From: Spirochaetota bacterium
GTDB taxonomy: Bacteria > Spirochaetota > UBA12135 > COTS27 > CBDBHE01
Direction: 5' to 3'
DNA length: 64,000 bases
NCBI GenBank assembly: GCA_965205605.1
Contig: CBDBHE010000007.1
Coordinates: 384,001 to 448,000 of the forward strand
Shown: positions 28,318 to 38,530 of the stretch, piece after piece
Numbering within the stretch: the first letter of the stretch is position 1
Layout: every line of letters starts with the position of its first letter
The notes under the pieces: generated by a model
Database searches by the model: none
Seen by the model: the letters and a program-made list of their open reading frames with translations, nothing else
What the model was told of the DNA's origin: nothing
Made by a program: the position numbers and the translations under genes

Positions 28318-28947
28318 TTAGGCTTTTTTTATCGCCTTTCTAATAAAAACATTTTTATTCTCACTTCCTGGAATCGATCCTTTAATTAAAATGAGCTGAT
28401 TTTCCTTATCAATTTCAACAATTTCCAAAGATTGAATCAACACTTTTTCACCACCCATTCTACCGGGCATTTTTTGACCCTTCCAAACTTTTGCTGGAAA
28501 CGTTGCCCCCCCAATAGATCCAGGCCTTCTGTGAAAATTAGAACCATGCGTGGCAGGCCCCCCTTTCATATTATGGCGCTTGATAACTCCTTGAAATCCT
28601 TTTCCCAGGCTCACCCCAGACACATCAACATAACGAACCCCTTCAAAAAAATCAAGTCCAATTTCGTCCCCTACTTTAAAACCTTTTAGCTCTTCTCTCA
28701 ACCTAAACTCTCTAATGACCCTAGGAACTTTCTTTTCTTCAAAACGCCCTTTTTCTGCTCGATTGGCTTTATTTTTTTTCTTAAGCCCAAAACCAAGCTG
28801 AATAGCAAAATACCCATGCTTACTTTCTGTTTTAATATCAAGCACTTTATTGGGTTCGATACGCACAACAGTAACCGGAAGACACGTGCCATCTTCTTTA
28901 AAGATTTGCGTCATCCCTATTTTTTCACCAATTAATCCACCATTCAC
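28318..28947 (-). CDS. rplC: 50S ribosomal protein L3
   Basis: KIGMTQIF, GKGFQGVIKRH, HRRPGSIG, MPGRMG. Confidence 0.98.
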   Translation of the reverse strand: MNGGLIGEKIGMTQIFKEDGTCLPVTVVRIEPNKVLDIKTESKHGYFAIQLGFGLKKKNKANRAEKGRFEEKKVPRVIREFRLREELKGFKVGDEIGLDFFEGVRYVDVSGVSLGKGFQGVIKRHNMKGGPATHGSNFHRRPGSIGGATFPAKVWKGQKMPGRMGGEKVLIQSLEIVEIDKENQLILIKGSIPGSENKNVFIRKAIKKA

Positions 28948-28962
28948 TTTAAATCACTTCCT

Positions 28963-29271
28963 CTACTGCTTGACCTCAATATCAACACCAGCTGGTAGCT
29001 CAATATTCATAAGCGAATTCATCGTTTCTGCAGAAGTGTCATAAATATCAATCAAACGTTGATACGTTCTCATTTCAAATTGCTCTCTTGCGGTGATATT
29101 AACATAGGGAGAACGGAGAACCGTATACTTTCGAATTTTAGTTGGAAGGGGAACAGGTCCTGAAATTTTGGCCCCACTAATTTTAGCCGAATTAACAATT
29201 GATTGTGTCGAAATATCAATGATTTTATTGTCAAATGATTTTAGCTTAATTCTAATTCTCTGACCTGCCAT
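28963..29271 (-). CDS. rpsJ: 30S ribosomal protein S10
   Basis: IRIKLKSFD, GPVPLPT, REQFEMR, LPAGVDIE. Confidence 0.98.
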   Translation of the reverse strand: MAGQRIRIKLKSFDNKIIDISTQSIVNSAKISGAKISGPVPLPTKIRKYTVLRSPYVNITAREQFEMRTYQRLIDIYDTSAETMNSLMNIELPAGVDIEVKQ

Positions 29272-29306
29272 AATTCTCTCTTCAAACTCCTTGCTTTTGT
29301 TTTTTT

Positions 29307-30509
29307 TTATTCAATAACTTCCGTTACCACACCTGCTCCAACTGTTTTACCACCTTCTCGTATGGCAAACTTCACTCCTTTTTCAAGAGCGATCGTTGAA
29401 ATCAATTCTGCTTCAACAGTCGTATTATCTCCTGGCATAATCATCTCAGCCCCATCTAAAAGCTTTAGATCGCCTGTAACATCGGTTGTTCTAAAATAAA
29501 ACTGCGGCCTATACCCATTAAAAAAAGGAGTGTGTCTTCCCCCCTCTTCTTTTTTAAGAACATAAATCTCAGCTTTAAACTTTTTATGAGGAGTAATTGA
29601 TTTTGGCTTACAAAGCACTTGCCCTCTTTGGACTTGCTCTCTTTCAATTCCTCTTAAAAGAAGACCCACGTTATCTCCTGCTTGAGCGTCGTCGAGCTCT
29701 TTTCGAAACATCTCAACGCCTGTAATGGTGGCTTCTTGAGTTTCTCTAATCCCAACAATTTCAATCTTATCACCCACCTTTATTAATCCCTGTTCAATAC
29801 GACCTGTCACCACCGTTCCTCTACCTGAAATACTAAACACATCTTCAACAGCTAAAAGAAAATCTTTATCAACTTCTCTTTTAGGAGTTGGAATAAAACC
29901 ATCAACTTGATCTAAAAGATCTTTAATAATTTTAGCGTCATCTGTATCCATTTTTCCAGCATTAATATCTTCCAATGCCTTAAGGGCCGATCCTTTAATA
30001 ACAGGCACTTTATCCCCTGGGAATTTATAACTTGTTAAAAGCTCTCTTACTTCTATTTCAACCAACTCTAAAAGCTCTGGATCATCAACTTGATCAACTT
30101 TATTTAAAAAAACCACAATATGAGGAACATTAACTTGATTTGCAAGCAAGATATGCTCCCTTGTTTGAGCCATAGGACCATCTGTTGCAGCAATGACCAA
30201 AATAGCTCCATCCATTTGAGCCGCCCCTGTTACCATGTTTTTTACATAATCAGCGTGCCCTGGACAGTCTACGTGAGCATAATGTCTTTTTTCTGTCATA
30301 TATTCTACATGCGAAGTATTAATCGTAATCCCTCTTTCTTTTTCTTCTGGAGCATTATCAATATCATCATATTTTTTTTTCTCCCCAAGCCCTTTCGCAG
30401 CACTATAACTACAAATGGCGGCTGTCAACGTTGTTTTTCCATGATCGACATGTCCAATTGTCCCTACATTAACGTGTTCTTTATCACGAATAAATTTTTC
30501 TTTTGCCAT
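29307..30509 (-). CDS. tuf: Elongation factor Tu
   Basis: [30 protein letters not shown]. Confidence 0.99.
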   Translation of the reverse strand: MAKEKFIRDKEHVNVGTIGHVDHGKTTLTAAICSYSAAKGLGEKKKYDDIDNAPEEKERGITINTSHVEYMTEKRHYAHVDCPGHADYVKNMVTGAAQMDGAILVIAATDGPMAQTREHILLANQVNVPHIVVFLNKVDQVDDPELLELVEIEVRELLTSYKFPGDKVPVIKGSALKALEDINAGKMDTDDAKIIKDLLDQVDGFIPTPKREVDKDFLLAVEDVFSISGRGTVVTGRIEQGLIKVGDKIEIVGIRETQEATITGVEMFRKELDDAQAGDNVGLLLRGIEREQVQRGQVLCKPKSITPHKKFKAEIYVLKKEEGGRHTPFFNGYRPQFYFRTTDVTGDLKLLDGAEMIMPGDNTTVEAELISTIALEKGVKFAIREGGKTVGAGVVTEVIE

Positions 30510-30541
30510 TTTTTTTCTATTCTCCTTTGTTTATATAAAAT

Positions 30542-32632
30542 TTAAGCACCTTTTGCTTTTTTAATAATTTCTTCACTAATACTTTTGGGCACTTCTTCAT
30601 AAGAATGAAATTCCATACTATAGGTTGCTCTTCCTTGAGTTTTAGACCTCAAAGCAGTCGAATAGCCAAACATTTGCGCCAAAGGCACTTCTGCTTTAAT
30701 AATTTTACTCCCTGACACATCTTCCATGCCAAGTACTTTTCCTCTACGGCCATTCAAATCTCCGACAACATCACCCATATAATTTTCAGGGCATTCTACC
30801 TCTACTTTAAAAATAGGCTCTAAAAGTACCGGACTGGCTTTAAGACAACCACTTTTAAAAGCCATTGAAGCCGCTATTTTAAAAGCAATCTCACTCGAAT
30901 CCACATCATGAAAAGACCCATCAACTAGATCCACCTTCAAATCAAGCACAGGATAGCCAGCTAAAACCCCTGCTTTCATTGCCTCTTCAATACCATCACG
31001 AATGGGAGTGATGTATTCTTTTGGAATTCTCCCACCCGTAATTTTACTATTAAAAACATATCCGTCTCCTTTTTCACCTGGAGCAAAATGACAAACAACA
31101 TGACCATACTGACCACGCCCACCTGTTTGCTTGATATACTTTGTTTCAATATTTTCAACCAATTTTCGAATGGCTTCTTTATAGGCCACTTGAGGCTCTC
31201 CTACATTTGCCCCTACTTTAAATTCTCTTAAAAGACGATCGACAATAATTTCCAAATGCAGCTCTCCCATTCCAGAAATTAACGTCTGGCCTGTCTCTAA
31301 ATCTGTTTCCATTTTAAAAGTAGGGTCTTCTTCCATGAGCTTTCCAAGAGCAACCCCCATTTTTTCTTGATCAATTTTTGTTTTAGGCTCAATAGCCACT
31401 TTAATGACCGGCTCTGGAAAATTCATTTTCTCAAGCTCAATGGGGCTTGCTTCTTCACAAATCGTATCTCCTGTAACGGCCTTAATCCCCACACAAGCAA
31501 CAATATCCCCTGCATAAGCTTCGTCAATTTGCTCTCGACTATTGGCATGCATTCTGAGCAATCTTCCGACTCTTTCTTTTTTTTGAGTCGATGCATTAAA
31601 AATATAAGAACCCTTCTTAAGCACTCCTGAGTACACTCGAATAAAACTCAAACGCCCTACATAAGGATCTGTCATGATTTTAAAAGAAAGCGCTGAAAAT
31701 TTTTCATCATCAGAAGACTCTCTAATCACTTTCTTCCCTTCCCCACTGCCATTAAGAGAAAATCCCTCAATCGCCGGCACTTCCTTAGGAGAAGGCAAAT
31801 AATTAATAATACAATCTAAGAGAAACTGAACCCCTTTATTTTTAAAAGCAGATCCCCCAAGAGCAGGAAAAATTTTAACATCAATGGTTGCTTTTCGAAT
31901 CGCTCCTTTAATTTCTTCAAGACTAATTTCTTTGCCCTCTAAGTACTTTTCAGCGATAGCGTCATCAACGTCTGCTAAAGCTTCAATCATTTTTTCTCTA
32001 TATTGTTTAGCTTTTTCAGAAAAATCACTGCGAATCTCTTTAATCTTAAAAGTTGACCCTTTATCTTGATCATCATAAACGATTTCTTTCATCTCAACGA
32101 GATCAATGACTCCTTCTAAATTATCTTCACTTCCAATAGGAATACTAATAAGGATGACATTGGCCATAAGGCGATCTCGAATCGTATCAACTGCTTTATA
32201 AAAGTCAGCCCCCACACGGTCCATTTTATTAATAAAAATCATTCGAGGAACATTATAGCGCGTTGCTTGACGCCAAACAGTTTCTGATTGAGGCTGAACA
32301 CCTGCAACCCCGCAAAATACCCCTACCGCCGAATCTAAAACCCTAAGCGACCTTTCAACCTCTACTGTAAAATCAACATGCCCTGGCGTATCAATAATTT
32401 GGACATTGTGATCTTTCCAAAAACAAGTCGTTGCCGCAGAAGTAATCGTAATCCCTCTTTCTCTCTCTTGCTCCATCCAATCCATTTCTGCAGCCCCTTC
32501 ATGAACCTCTCCGATTTTATGGGTTTTTCCTGTATAATATAAAATTCGCTCTGTAACGGTTGTTTTACCAGCATCAATATGTGCCATGATTCCAATATTG
32601 CGATATTTTTCAATCGAAAATTCTCGAGCCAT
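30542..32632 (-). CDS. fusA: Elongation factor G
   Basis: [35 protein letters not shown]. Confidence 0.99.
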   Translation of the reverse strand: MAREFSIEKYRNIGIMAHIDAGKTTVTERILYYTGKTHKIGEVHEGAAEMDWMEQERERGITITSAATTCFWKDHNVQIIDTPGHVDFTVEVERSLRVLDSAVGVFCGVAGVQPQSETVWRQATRYNVPRMIFINKMDRVGADFYKAVDTIRDRLMANVILISIPIGSEDNLEGVIDLVEMKEIVYDDQDKGSTFKIKEIRSDFSEKAKQYREKMIEALADVDDAIAEKYLEGKEISLEEIKGAIRKATIDVKIFPALGGSAFKNKGVQFLLDCIINYLPSPKEVPAIEGFSLNGSGEGKKVIRESSDDEKFSALSFKIMTDPYVGRLSFIRVYSGVLKKGSYIFNASTQKKERVGRLLRMHANSREQIDEAYAGDIVACVGIKAVTGDTICEEASPIELEKMNFPEPVIKVAIEPKTKIDQEKMGVALGKLMEEDPTFKMETDLETGQTLISGMGELHLEIIVDRLLREFKVGANVGEPQVAYKEAIRKLVENIETKYIKQTGGRGQYGHVVCHFAPGEKGDGYVFNSKITGGRIPKEYITPIRDGIEEAMKAGVLAGYPVLDLKVDLVDGSFHDVDSSEIAFKIAASMAFKSGCLKASPVLLEPIFKVEVECPENYMGDVVGDLNGRRGKVLGMEDVSGSKIIKAEVPLAQMFGYSTALRSKTQGRATYSMEFHSYEEVPKSISEEIIKKAKGA

Positions 32633-32655
32633 TTTTTTTTAATCGATCAAAATCA

Positions 32656-33126
32656 TTACCAACGATAATGAGCAAACGCTTTATTGGATTCTGCTGATTT
32701 AAAAATTTCTTCTTTTTTCTTAATAGAGTTTCCCGTATTATTATACGCATCCATAAACTCTGATGAAAGCTTAGCTATCATTCCTCTCTCAGAACGCCCT
32801 CTAGAATAATTAACAAGCCAGCGTATGGCTAGGGTAATCTGACGAAACTCATTGACTTCCAAAGGAACCTGATAAACCGCCCCTCCTACTCGTCTTGATT
32901 TAACCTCTACTTGAGGCTTAACATTGGTAATAGCTTGTTCAAACACTTCAATGTTTTTTTTCTTCATTTTTTGATTGACAGTATCAATGGCTTTATAGAA
33001 AATTTTCTCTGCTGTTCCTTTCTTGCCCCCTAGCATCAACCGATTGATAAAACGAGAAACTAAAACACTCCCATAAATAAAATCTGGGTTAATAATTCTT
33101 TTTTTAGCAATCTTTTTTCTTGACAT
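32656..33126 (-). CDS. rpsG: 30S ribosomal protein S7
   Basis: EVKSRRVGGAVYQVP, AESNKAFAHYRW. Confidence 0.98.
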   Translation of the reverse strand: MSRKKIAKKRIINPDFIYGSVLVSRFINRLMLGGKKGTAEKIFYKAIDTVNQKMKKKNIEVFEQAITNVKPQVEVKSRRVGGAVYQVPLEVNEFRQITLAIRWLVNYSRGRSERGMIAKLSSEFMDAYNNTGNSIKKKEEIFKSAESNKAFAHYRW

Positions 33127-33147
33127 GATTTAATTCATTTTTTTTAA

Positions 33148-33531
33148 TTATTTTTTAGACATCTTCGCCCCATATTTGGAACGTCCTTTTTTACGATCAA
33201 CAACTCCTAAAGTATCTAAAGCCCCTCTTACAATATGATAACGCACCCCCGGAAGATCTTTCACCCTTCCCCCTCTAACAAGCACCATCGAGTGCTCTTG
33301 AAGATTGTGTCCAACCCCTGGAATATAAGCTGTCACTTCCATACCATTAGAAAGCTTTACCCTAGCCACTTTGCGCATTGCTGAATTAGGTTTCTTGGGA
33401 TTTAAAGTCATCACGCGTGTACAAACCCCTCTTTTTTGAGGACATTTCTTAAGCGCTCTAGACTTTGTGGGTTTTTTTATTTTTTTTCTTCCCTTTCTAA
33501 TTAATTGTGAGATCGTGGGCATAAATTTCAT
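33148..33531 (-). CDS. rpsL: 30S ribosomal protein S12 (canonical MPTI start would be 33522)
   Basis: [31 protein letters not shown]. Confidence 0.98.
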   Translation of the reverse strand: MKFMPTISQLIRKGRKKIKKPTKSRALKKCPQKRGVCTRVMTLNPKKPNSAMRKVARVKLSNGMEVTAYIPGVGHNLQEHSMVLVRGGRVKDLPGVRYHIVRGALDTLGVVDRKKGRSKYGAKMSKK

Positions 33532-33557
33532 TGAAACCTTATTTAAAATTAGCGATT

Positions 33558-33586
33558 ATGATACATTACATTAAGTAAAATGTCAA
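33558..33586 (-). promoter_or_regulatory. sigma70 promoter of the str/S10/spc/alpha superoperon
   Basis: TTGACA-N17-TATCAT on the minus strand upstream of rpsL. Confidence 0.75.
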
Positions 33587-33622
33587 TATGAAAAATAAAA
33601 GTAATGTTTCTACTTTTTTAGA

Positions 33623-34462
33623 ATGATTTTTATTGTTTATAACCTTAAAAAAAACCCTGAAAAATTTATTGAACATTTAACAAAAAAACTCCTTTCTTTA
33701 AAAGAAAAAGTCTACACCACAAAATCCTACCCTCTAAATAAACAAGATATTAAAAATCTTAAAAAATCAAAACTCATTATTACTTTAGGAGGAGATGGAA
33801 CGGTTTTATCATTATTTCCTTTTATTATAAAAGCTACCCTCACTCATATCCCCATTGTACCGGTTCATTTTGGAACTCTAGGGTTTATTTGTTCCGTTGA
33901 TCCTAAAAGTGCCGAAAAAATCGTTCTTGATTATTTAAACCCAAAAAAAATCGTTTCTTACAAAGAAAACAAAAAAAGTTTTTTAAAAATAACTTATAAA
34001 AATAAATATTTTTATAGCTTAAACGAAGCCTATCTTTCCAAAGGCGATCTTGGAAAAGCCATTGAAATCGAAGCAAATATTGGAAAAACAATTATTGCTA
34101 ATTTTAGATCGGATGGTGTCATTATTGCAAGCCCTATTGGATCGACTGCTTATAATCTAGCAGCCGGTGGGCCTATTGTTGCTTCTGACTTGAAAGCAAT
34201 CATTTTCAACCCTGTTTGCCCACATTCATTAACTGCAAAGCCAATCGTAATTTCTGGAAAAGAAATCATTACCATCAAAGCAAAGTCTAACAATTCAAAA
34301 ATACTCCCCAAGCTCATTTTAGATGGGAAAATTCACAGAAATATCGATTCTAAAGCACCCATTACTTGTCAATTGGACAAAAGAGAAATTATCTTTTTAA
34401 GGCCTAAAAAACAAGATTATTACCATCTTTTAAAAACAAAGCTTTCTTGGTTAAAAAACTAA
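33623..34462 (+). CDS. nadK: NAD kinase
   Basis: LGGDGT, GTLGF, LNE, DGVIIASPIGSTAYNLAAGGP. Confidence 0.95.
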   Translation: MIFIVYNLKKNPEKFIEHLTKKLLSLKEKVYTTKSYPLNKQDIKNLKKSKLIITLGGDGTVLSLFPFIIKATLTHIPIVPVHFGTLGFICSVDPKSAEKIVLDYLNPKKIVSYKENKKSFLKITYKNKYFYSLNEAYLSKGDLGKAIEIEANIGKTIIANFRSDGVIIASPIGSTAYNLAAGGPIVASDLKAIIFNPVCPHSLTAKPIVISGKEIITIKAKSNNSKILPKLILDGKIHRNIDSKAPITCQLDKREIIFLRPKKQDYYHLLKTKLSWLKN

Positions 34463-34517
34463 ATTTTTTTTTATCTCTTATTTTTATTTTTGATGACTCT
34501 CATTAAAAAAATGTCTT

Positions 34518-35474
34518 TTAAAGAGGGGTTGAAATTAAATGAGCGATGATTTGATCAGCTGAAACTTGATCAAGCTGTGAATTATAATTTAGTAAAAGAC
34601 GATGACGCAAAATAGGGTAAAGGACTTTTGCTAAGTGATGTTTCTCAACAGATTGTTTATTTTCTAAAAAAGTACTGACTTTAGCGGCTTTAATCGCAAA
34701 CTTGCAAGCTCTAGGAGAGGCCCCTAGCCTTACATAATCTTTGATCATTTTTTCTGTTGTTTCTAAAGGGCGGGTCTTTCGAATCACTTTTACCAACCAT
34801 TCAATCACTTCAGGAGCTATTTGTATTTGTTGAGTCGTTTTTTTAAGCTTGTTGAGCTCTGATAAAGACACAACAGGTTTAACTTCTTTAAGTATTTCTT
34901 CTGAATGAAGACAAGCAATTTTTGTTTCATCTTTTAAAGAAGGGTAGGTAACTTGTAGCATAAACATAAATCGATCCAATTGAGCTTCTGGTAAAACATA
35001 AGTGCCTTCTTGTTCAAAAGGATTTTGAGTAGCGAGGACCATAAAAGGAGTTTGAAGAGGGTATTTATGACCACTGAGGGTCACTTCTTTTTCTTCCATC
35101 GCCTGCAACAAAGCAGACTGTGTTTTAGCAGGGGAACGATTAATTTCATCGGCTAAAAGAATTTGAGAAAAAATAGGGCCTTCAACAAATCGAAAATTTT
35201 TTTTAGCTCCTTTTTCTTCAAATACATCATACCCGACAATATCAGAAGGCATTAAATCAGGGGTAAATTGAATCCGATTAAAAGAAAGATCAAAAGCTTT
35301 TGCAAGTGATTTGATTAAAAGAGTTTTTGCTAGCCCCGGGACCCCATTAAGTAATAGATGCCCTTCGGATAAAAAACCAACGAGCATTTGTTCGATGAGG
35401 TCTTTTTGACCAACAATGGTTTTTTCTAATTCTTTTTGAACAGCGAAAAGAAATGAAGAGTTGGTTTTAGGCAT
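34518..35474 (-). CDS. MoxR family AAA+ ATPase
   Basis: GVPGLAKT, RIQFTPDLMPSDI, LADEINR, ATQNP, LPEAQLDRF. Confidence 0.95.
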   Translation of the reverse strand: MPKTNSSFLFAVQKELEKTIVGQKDLIEQMLVGFLSEGHLLLNGVPGLAKTLLIKSLAKAFDLSFNRIQFTPDLMPSDIVGYDVFEEKGAKKNFRFVEGPIFSQILLADEINRSPAKTQSALLQAMEEKEVTLSGHKYPLQTPFMVLATQNPFEQEGTYVLPEAQLDRFMFMLQVTYPSLKDETKIACLHSEEILKEVKPVVSLSELNKLKKTTQQIQIAPEVIEWLVKVIRKTRPLETTEKMIKDYVRLGASPRACKFAIKAAKVSTFLENKQSVEKHHLAKVLYPILRHRLLLNYNSQLDQVSADQIIAHLISTPL

Positions 35475-35486
35475 AAAGAAAAAAAA

Positions 35487-36548
35487 TTATAAAAGCTCTG
35501 GGTTGGTTTTAGAAATTTGTTTTAAAATTAACTTGATATCCCCTTCTTTTTTTTTATGAGAGATGTATAAAATATTATCTTCAAAAATAATATTTAAATC
35601 TTTCACCCCATTTAAAACAACCGAAGTTTTTTTGGTATGATCGACTTGACAAGTAACCTGCTTGCAATCAAAGTCAAAAACTTTTTTGGAAAACAAATTG
35701 CCATTTATGTCAGTTTTTTTAAGGCGAGAGAGAGCATTCCAAGACCCCACGTCATCCCAAATAAAATCTGCTTTAAGACAATAAATCTCTTTTGTTTTTT
35801 CAGCAATAGCATAGTCAAAAGAAATTTTTTCAAGCGTTTTAAATAAAGAAAGCGCTTTTTTAACATCCCTATCTCGTAAACGCACAAACTCCAAAAGTGT
35901 ATCAAAATGCGTCTTGGCATAACGCCTAAAAAGTTCAAAGCAAAGATCTTTTCGAATAAAAAACATCCCTGCATTCCAAAAATAATGATTTGTTTTAAGA
36001 TAAGCTTTAGCTTGATCAACATTTGGTTTTTCAATAAAAGAACCTACTGTAAAAAGATTTGTTTCAATCTGATCTTGTAGTTGGATATAACCAAATCCAT
36101 CTGAAGGATAGTTTGGCTTGATACCAAGTAAAACAAGTGCTTTTTTTTGAGAACAAATTTGCATGCCTTTTTTAATATTTTCATAATAAAGATTTTTATT
36201 GGCAATAAAGTGATCGGCTGGAATAAAAAACAAAACATCTTCATCACTGGCATTGATACAAAGAGCTGACAAGCCAATAGCACAAGCGGTATCTTTTGGC
36301 ATGGGCTCGGTAATAATATTTTTTGCTGGAAAATCTTTTAAAAGTTCACTGGCTTTATTTTTAAACGCCTCTGCGGTACTAATATAAATATCTTGCTTAT
36401 CACAAAAAGGCAAAAGCCGTAAAACCGTTTCTTCCAACATGGTTTTTTCACTAATAATAGGAGTAAATTGTTTAGGTGACTGCCGCCTACTTTTTGGCCA
36501 AAAGCGTTCGCCAAATCCTCCCGCCATAATAATAATTTTAAGTTTCAT
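35487..36548 (-). CDS. manC: Mannose-1-phosphate guanylyltransferase (monofunctional)
   Basis: MAGGFGERFWPKSR..PKQF, PADH, FIEKP, WNAGMF, SFDYAIAEK, WDDVGSW. Confidence 0.92.
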   Translation of the reverse strand: MKLKIIIMAGGFGERFWPKSRRQSPKQFTPIISEKTMLEETVLRLLPFCDKQDIYISTAEAFKNKASELLKDFPAKNIITEPMPKDTACAIGLSALCINASDEDVLFFIPADHFIANKNLYYENIKKGMQICSQKKALVLLGIKPNYPSDGFGYIQLQDQIETNLFTVGSFIEKPNVDQAKAYLKTNHYFWNAGMFFIRKDLCFELFRRYAKTHFDTLLEFVRLRDRDVKKALSLFKTLEKISFDYAIAEKTKEIYCLKADFIWDDVGSWNALSRLKKTDINGNLFSKKVFDFDCKQVTCQVDHTKKTSVVLNGVKDLNIIFEDNILYISHKKKEGDIKLILKQISKTNPELL

Positions 36549-37542
36549 AAAAAAATTCCAACAAATGATTTATTTTTTTTAAATCATAATCTTCTAATCT
36601 TACTTTAAGATCAAAATAATTTTGAGTTTTTTTTTCTAAAGACATTTTTGGCATTTGTTTTAACCATTCATCTTCTTTGTTTTTAAAAAATGCTTCCTTT
36701 ATTTCTGTTAAAAAAATCCCCTTTTCCATCGCCTTTAGCCAAGTAAATTGTTTTTTAGCAAAATGACGTGTTTTCTTTTTAATCTCTTGAATACAATCTT
36801 GCAAAGAAATTTTTTTTTCCAAAAACAAAGCCACTTGTTTATACCCAATCATCGTAAACAGCTTGTTTTGATAGGCTTTATTTTTGACCAAAACCTTGAC
36901 TTCTTCAACAAATCCATTTTCAAACATTTGATCGATCCTTTTTTCAATCATATGATAAAGAGGTTTTCTTAAGGGAGCTAAAACCAAAACCAAACAGTTT
37001 AAAGAAGGCTTTTGTCTTTTTGTGCGCAAACTTGTAAAGCTTTTCCCTGTCAAGCGAATGACTTCGATGGCACGTAAGATTCGTACAGGGTTGTTTTGAT
37101 CTACTTGAGCGTAATAAGAGTAATCTTTTTCTTTAAGTTCTTGTAAAAAAGGCCTCAGTCCTTTCTCTTGATATTCTTTTTTAAGAATGGTTTTTAGTTC
37201 AATTGCAAAAGACGTGCTGAGAAGAGGCAAGCCACCTAAAAGACTTTGGGTATAAAGAGAAGGCCCACCGATAATGAAGACCCTTCTAACAGCTTTATGG
37301 TAGTGAGTAGACAAAGCAAGGGTTTGTTTTAAAAAATCGAAAGCAGAGAAAGATTTTGATAAATCTAAGAAATCGGTAAGGTGATAAGCATAAGATTTAA
37401 TTTCTCTAAGAGTTGGTTTTGCTGTACCAATATTGGCATGTTGATACATTTGCCTAGTATCTGCATTAATAATAACATCAGGAAAACGATAAAGAGAGTG
37501 CAGTAAATGTGTTTTACCAGAAGCCGTTGGGCCTAGGAGCAA
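36538..37542 (-). CDS. miaA: tRNA dimethylallyltransferase (true start probably upstream, see findings)
   Basis: GPTASGKT, NADTRQMY..ANIGTAKP, RILRAIEV, IGYKQ, TRHFAKKQFTW. Confidence 0.93.
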   Translation of the reverse strand: MLLGPTASGKTHLLHSLYRFPDVIINADTRQMYQHANIGTAKPTLREIKSYAYHLTDFLDLSKSFSAFDFLKQTLALSTHYHKAVRRVFIIGGPSLYTQSLLGGLPLLSTSFAIELKTILKKEYQEKGLRPFLQELKEKDYSYYAQVDQNNPVRILRAIEVIRLTGKSFTSLRTKRQKPSLNCLVLVLAPLRKPLYHMIEKRIDQMFENGFVEEVKVLVKNKAYQNKLFTMIGYKQVALFLEKKISLQDCIQEIKKKTRHFAKKQFTWLKAMEKGIFLTEIKEAFFKNKEDEWLKQMPKMSLEKKTQNYFDLKVRLEDYDLKKINHLLEFFYET

Positions 37543-37611
37543 AACAATCTTAGGGGTAATCGTTGCTTTTTCTTTAATACTAAAAAATCTTATTTAAAAA
37601 TGGTAAGTCAC

Positions 37612-37905
37612 TTAAGAAGGTTGTCGCTTATTTATTGCTCCCTCTTGATCTAAACCAACAGAAGGTTTATCTTCAGCAGCAAATAGATCATCATCTTCTT
37701 CAGCAAAAAGCTCGCTTTCATGTAAGAGATACTTGACATCTTCATCTAAAACGTGTTTAAGCGAAACTAAAGCATCTTTTCTTTCCAATTTTTGATATTC
37801 ATCGGGCTCTAAAAAACGAACCTTTTTTGCATAACCAATACAAGCTTTGGCCAGTAGATATCGATTACCTTTATAATTAATAAGTTTTTCTAAAGAAAAA
37901 TGCAT
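37612..37905 (-). CDS. rpoZ: RNA polymerase omega subunit, spirochaete type
   Basis: FSLEKLINYKGNRYLLAKA motif; directly downstream of gmk (conserved gmk-rpoZ pairing). Confidence 0.75.
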   Translation of the reverse strand: MHFSLEKLINYKGNRYLLAKACIGYAKKVRFLEPDEYQKLERKDALVSLKHVLDEDVKYLLHESELFAEEDDDLFAAEDKPSVGLDQEGAINKRQPS

Positions 37906-37933
37906 GGGGGATCTCCTATTTATATTTTTTTAA

Positions 37934-38527
37934 TTAAAAATGATTTTTTACCAATTTTTCCAAAGATTTCAAGGCTTTTAAAAGATTAGTGTCATTCATT
38001 ATAACATGCGGCCATTTAGAAAAAAAATTTAACTCTTTCTTGGCGATTTCAAGTCTTTTTTCAATGATTTTTAAATCTTGATCTCCTCTTGCCAAAAGCC
38101 TTTTTTTTAAAACCTTTGGGTTTTTGACTCGAATAAAAACAAAAAGACCTTTAATCTTTTTTTGTAAATAAAGTCCCCCTTGAACATCAATATCTAAAAT
38201 AATTTTTTTTCCTTTAGCCGTTTTATCTTCTATTTCCTTAATGGAAGTCCCGTAATAATGCTGATAAACTTTTGCCCATTCTAAAAAAAAATTAGCTTTA
38301 ATCTTTTTTTCAAAAAATTCATTATTAACGAAGAAATAGTCTTTCCCTTCTTTTTCCTTGTCTCTAGGATTACGAGTTGTATGGGAGACACTAAAAGCAA
38401 AAGAAGGGTTTCTTTGTAAAAAAAGATTAATAAGGCTTGTTTTTCCCGAACCAGAGGGGGCTGTAATTACAAGTAATTTTTTATCATAATCTAACAAAAT
38501 AAAAAAAACTCTCTTATAAAATAGCAC
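37934..38527 (-). CDS. gmk: Guanylate kinase (start may be TTG 38497)
   Basis: APSGSGKTS, SVSHTTRNPR, GKDYFF, YYGT, ILDIDVQG. Confidence 0.96.
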   Translation of the reverse strand: MLFYKRVFFILLDYDKKLLVITAPSGSGKTSLINLFLQRNPSFAFSVSHTTRNPRDKEKEGKDYFFVNNEFFEKKIKANFFLEWAKVYQHYYGTSIKEIEDKTAKGKKIILDIDVQGGLYLQKKIKGLFVFIRVKNPKVLKKRLLARGDQDLKIIEKRLEIAKKELNFFSKWPHVIMNDTNLLKALKSLEKLVKNHF

Positions 38528-38530
38528 TCA

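Noticed and set aside
16184-33531. Alternative genetic code or programmed frameshifts
   Set aside because: All conserved genes translate full length with code 11; TGA and TAG serve as normal stops (rpmC, rplX)
18040-33545. Recurring AAGGTT upstream of rpsL, rplD, rplP and rpsK as evidence of an altered anti-SD
   Set aside because: Other genes (tuf, rpsJ, rpsM, secD, glnK) have ordinary AGGAG, so a standard anti-SD explains both
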